A stretch of 64,000 nucleotides of DNA from the NCBI GenBank assembly GCA_013265495.1, contig MU057724.1:1441102-1505101 (forward strand). The letters are read 5' to 3'. The position numbers and the translations under genes are program-made. The DNA comes from Vicugna vicugna. Its lineage: Eukaryota. Below are positions 63,211 through 64,000 of the stretch, piece after piece. The notes below the pieces were generated by a model. That model was not told where the DNA came from and ran no database searches. It saw only the letters and a program-made list of their open reading frames with translations. Numbering within the stretch: position 1 is the stretch's first letter; each line of letters starts with the position of its first letter.

Positions 63211-64000
63211 CTGATGAGGAGGAGGAATAAAAATACATGCACACACCAAAACACATTTTGTGTGTTTATCTGAAAATAAATAATCCAGTTCTAAGACGTG
63301 AGCATCTCTTTAGATACAAACAACCGCGGCAGCTCTGCCGCGAGACTAGGCGCTCACTCTGAAGCCAGCCTGCCTGTGTCAGTCAAAGCCTCAGACTGGA
63401 CTGTAAGGCTTCTAGTTAAAAACCTTTTGTGCATCAAGTAAAACGCTCTCTCGGAAATTTCAGGAAAAAAGGCATTTCATGTTTTCCTTTCACTTACACA
63501 GCACACAAAACTCAGGCCAGCTGGCGATTCTTACAGGGAAAACCCAACTTCAACGGCCTTATTTAGTAAAGTGCAGATGAACACGTTTTATACTTTAAAG
63601 CTACAACGACATGTATACATACAACTCCACGTAGTTTCTAATTAAGTCCGTTTATAACTCAGTCAGCGAGTGTCTGTGAGGTGCCTGCTGAGGTGATGGG
63701 GGCAGGTTGGACTGCAGGTGGCTACGGTCAAAGGCGGTGTTTATGAGCTCAAGGATGACGGCCTCCTGCAGCAGGTGGCAGGTGTGGAGACGCAGTTACA
63801 AGATAAAAGACTCGCTGGAGTCGATGTCCACATTAGGGGAAGCGGACTGAAGATCTGCTTGCGCACGTCACCCGGGTACGTGAGCAGAATCAAGAGAAGA
63901 AAGTCCAGGATGGGCTTCAGCGGGCCTGCAGACCGTGGGACAGCCAGTCCCCGTTTATTCAGCTACTAACTGACGGGGTAGAACTGGAGGAACTTCGGCT

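Larger units (their letters stand above)
49817..64000 (-). pseudogene. Decayed multi-exon gene with several TSP1-like repeats and a probable single-pass membrane anchor; 5' part probably continues beyond the window
   Basis: Minus-strand splice-bounded segments give TSP1-like fragments: QPHGVCGAWSVWAPPC (54156-54206), LGVWAQREAGRGC...CFCWPGNASLESPVCELGP (54371-54586), PPHG..SGSTCSS/PCWLGWRVRRK (about 61530-61612), WSDLS..NCFLGVGRTFVRQNKC..FCSTVCSYLESDVC (61250-61423). All need frameshifts or contain stops. Confidence 0.65.

Noticed and set aside
63718..63969. Plus-strand 83-aa ORF as a real exon
   Set aside because: No recognisable product; the opposite strand has TSP1-like hints (INGDW, SHG..*SP.W, TCSPTC).

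Overview
This is mammalian genomic DNA, probably camelid: it carries a tRNA-Ala-derived Vic-1-like SINE with a target-site duplication (TSD), cetartiodactyl-type L1 3' ends, and eutherian MIR, L2, MLT and L1M repeats. It is GC- and CpG-rich in a way typical of subtelomeric regions. I found no intact protein-coding gene, and the supplied ORFs look like chance ORFs or repeat/pseudo-exon fragments. Between the repeats, the minus strand holds many AG/GT-bounded, coding-like segments broken by stops and frameshifts. These appear to be up to three co-oriented decayed genes. (1) About 49.8-64 kb: a gene with several thrombospondin type-1 (TSP1)-like repeats, ending in a membrane-anchor/basic-tail-like exon. 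(2) About 4.8-43 kb: a large multi-exon gene with low-complexity charged sequence that I cannot name. (3) About 0-2.6 kb: a gene running left from a CpG island, with a signal-peptide-like exon and a tandemly duplicated exon pair. All translations and alignments were done by eye. Repeat family names come from recalled consensus sequences, not from a search.
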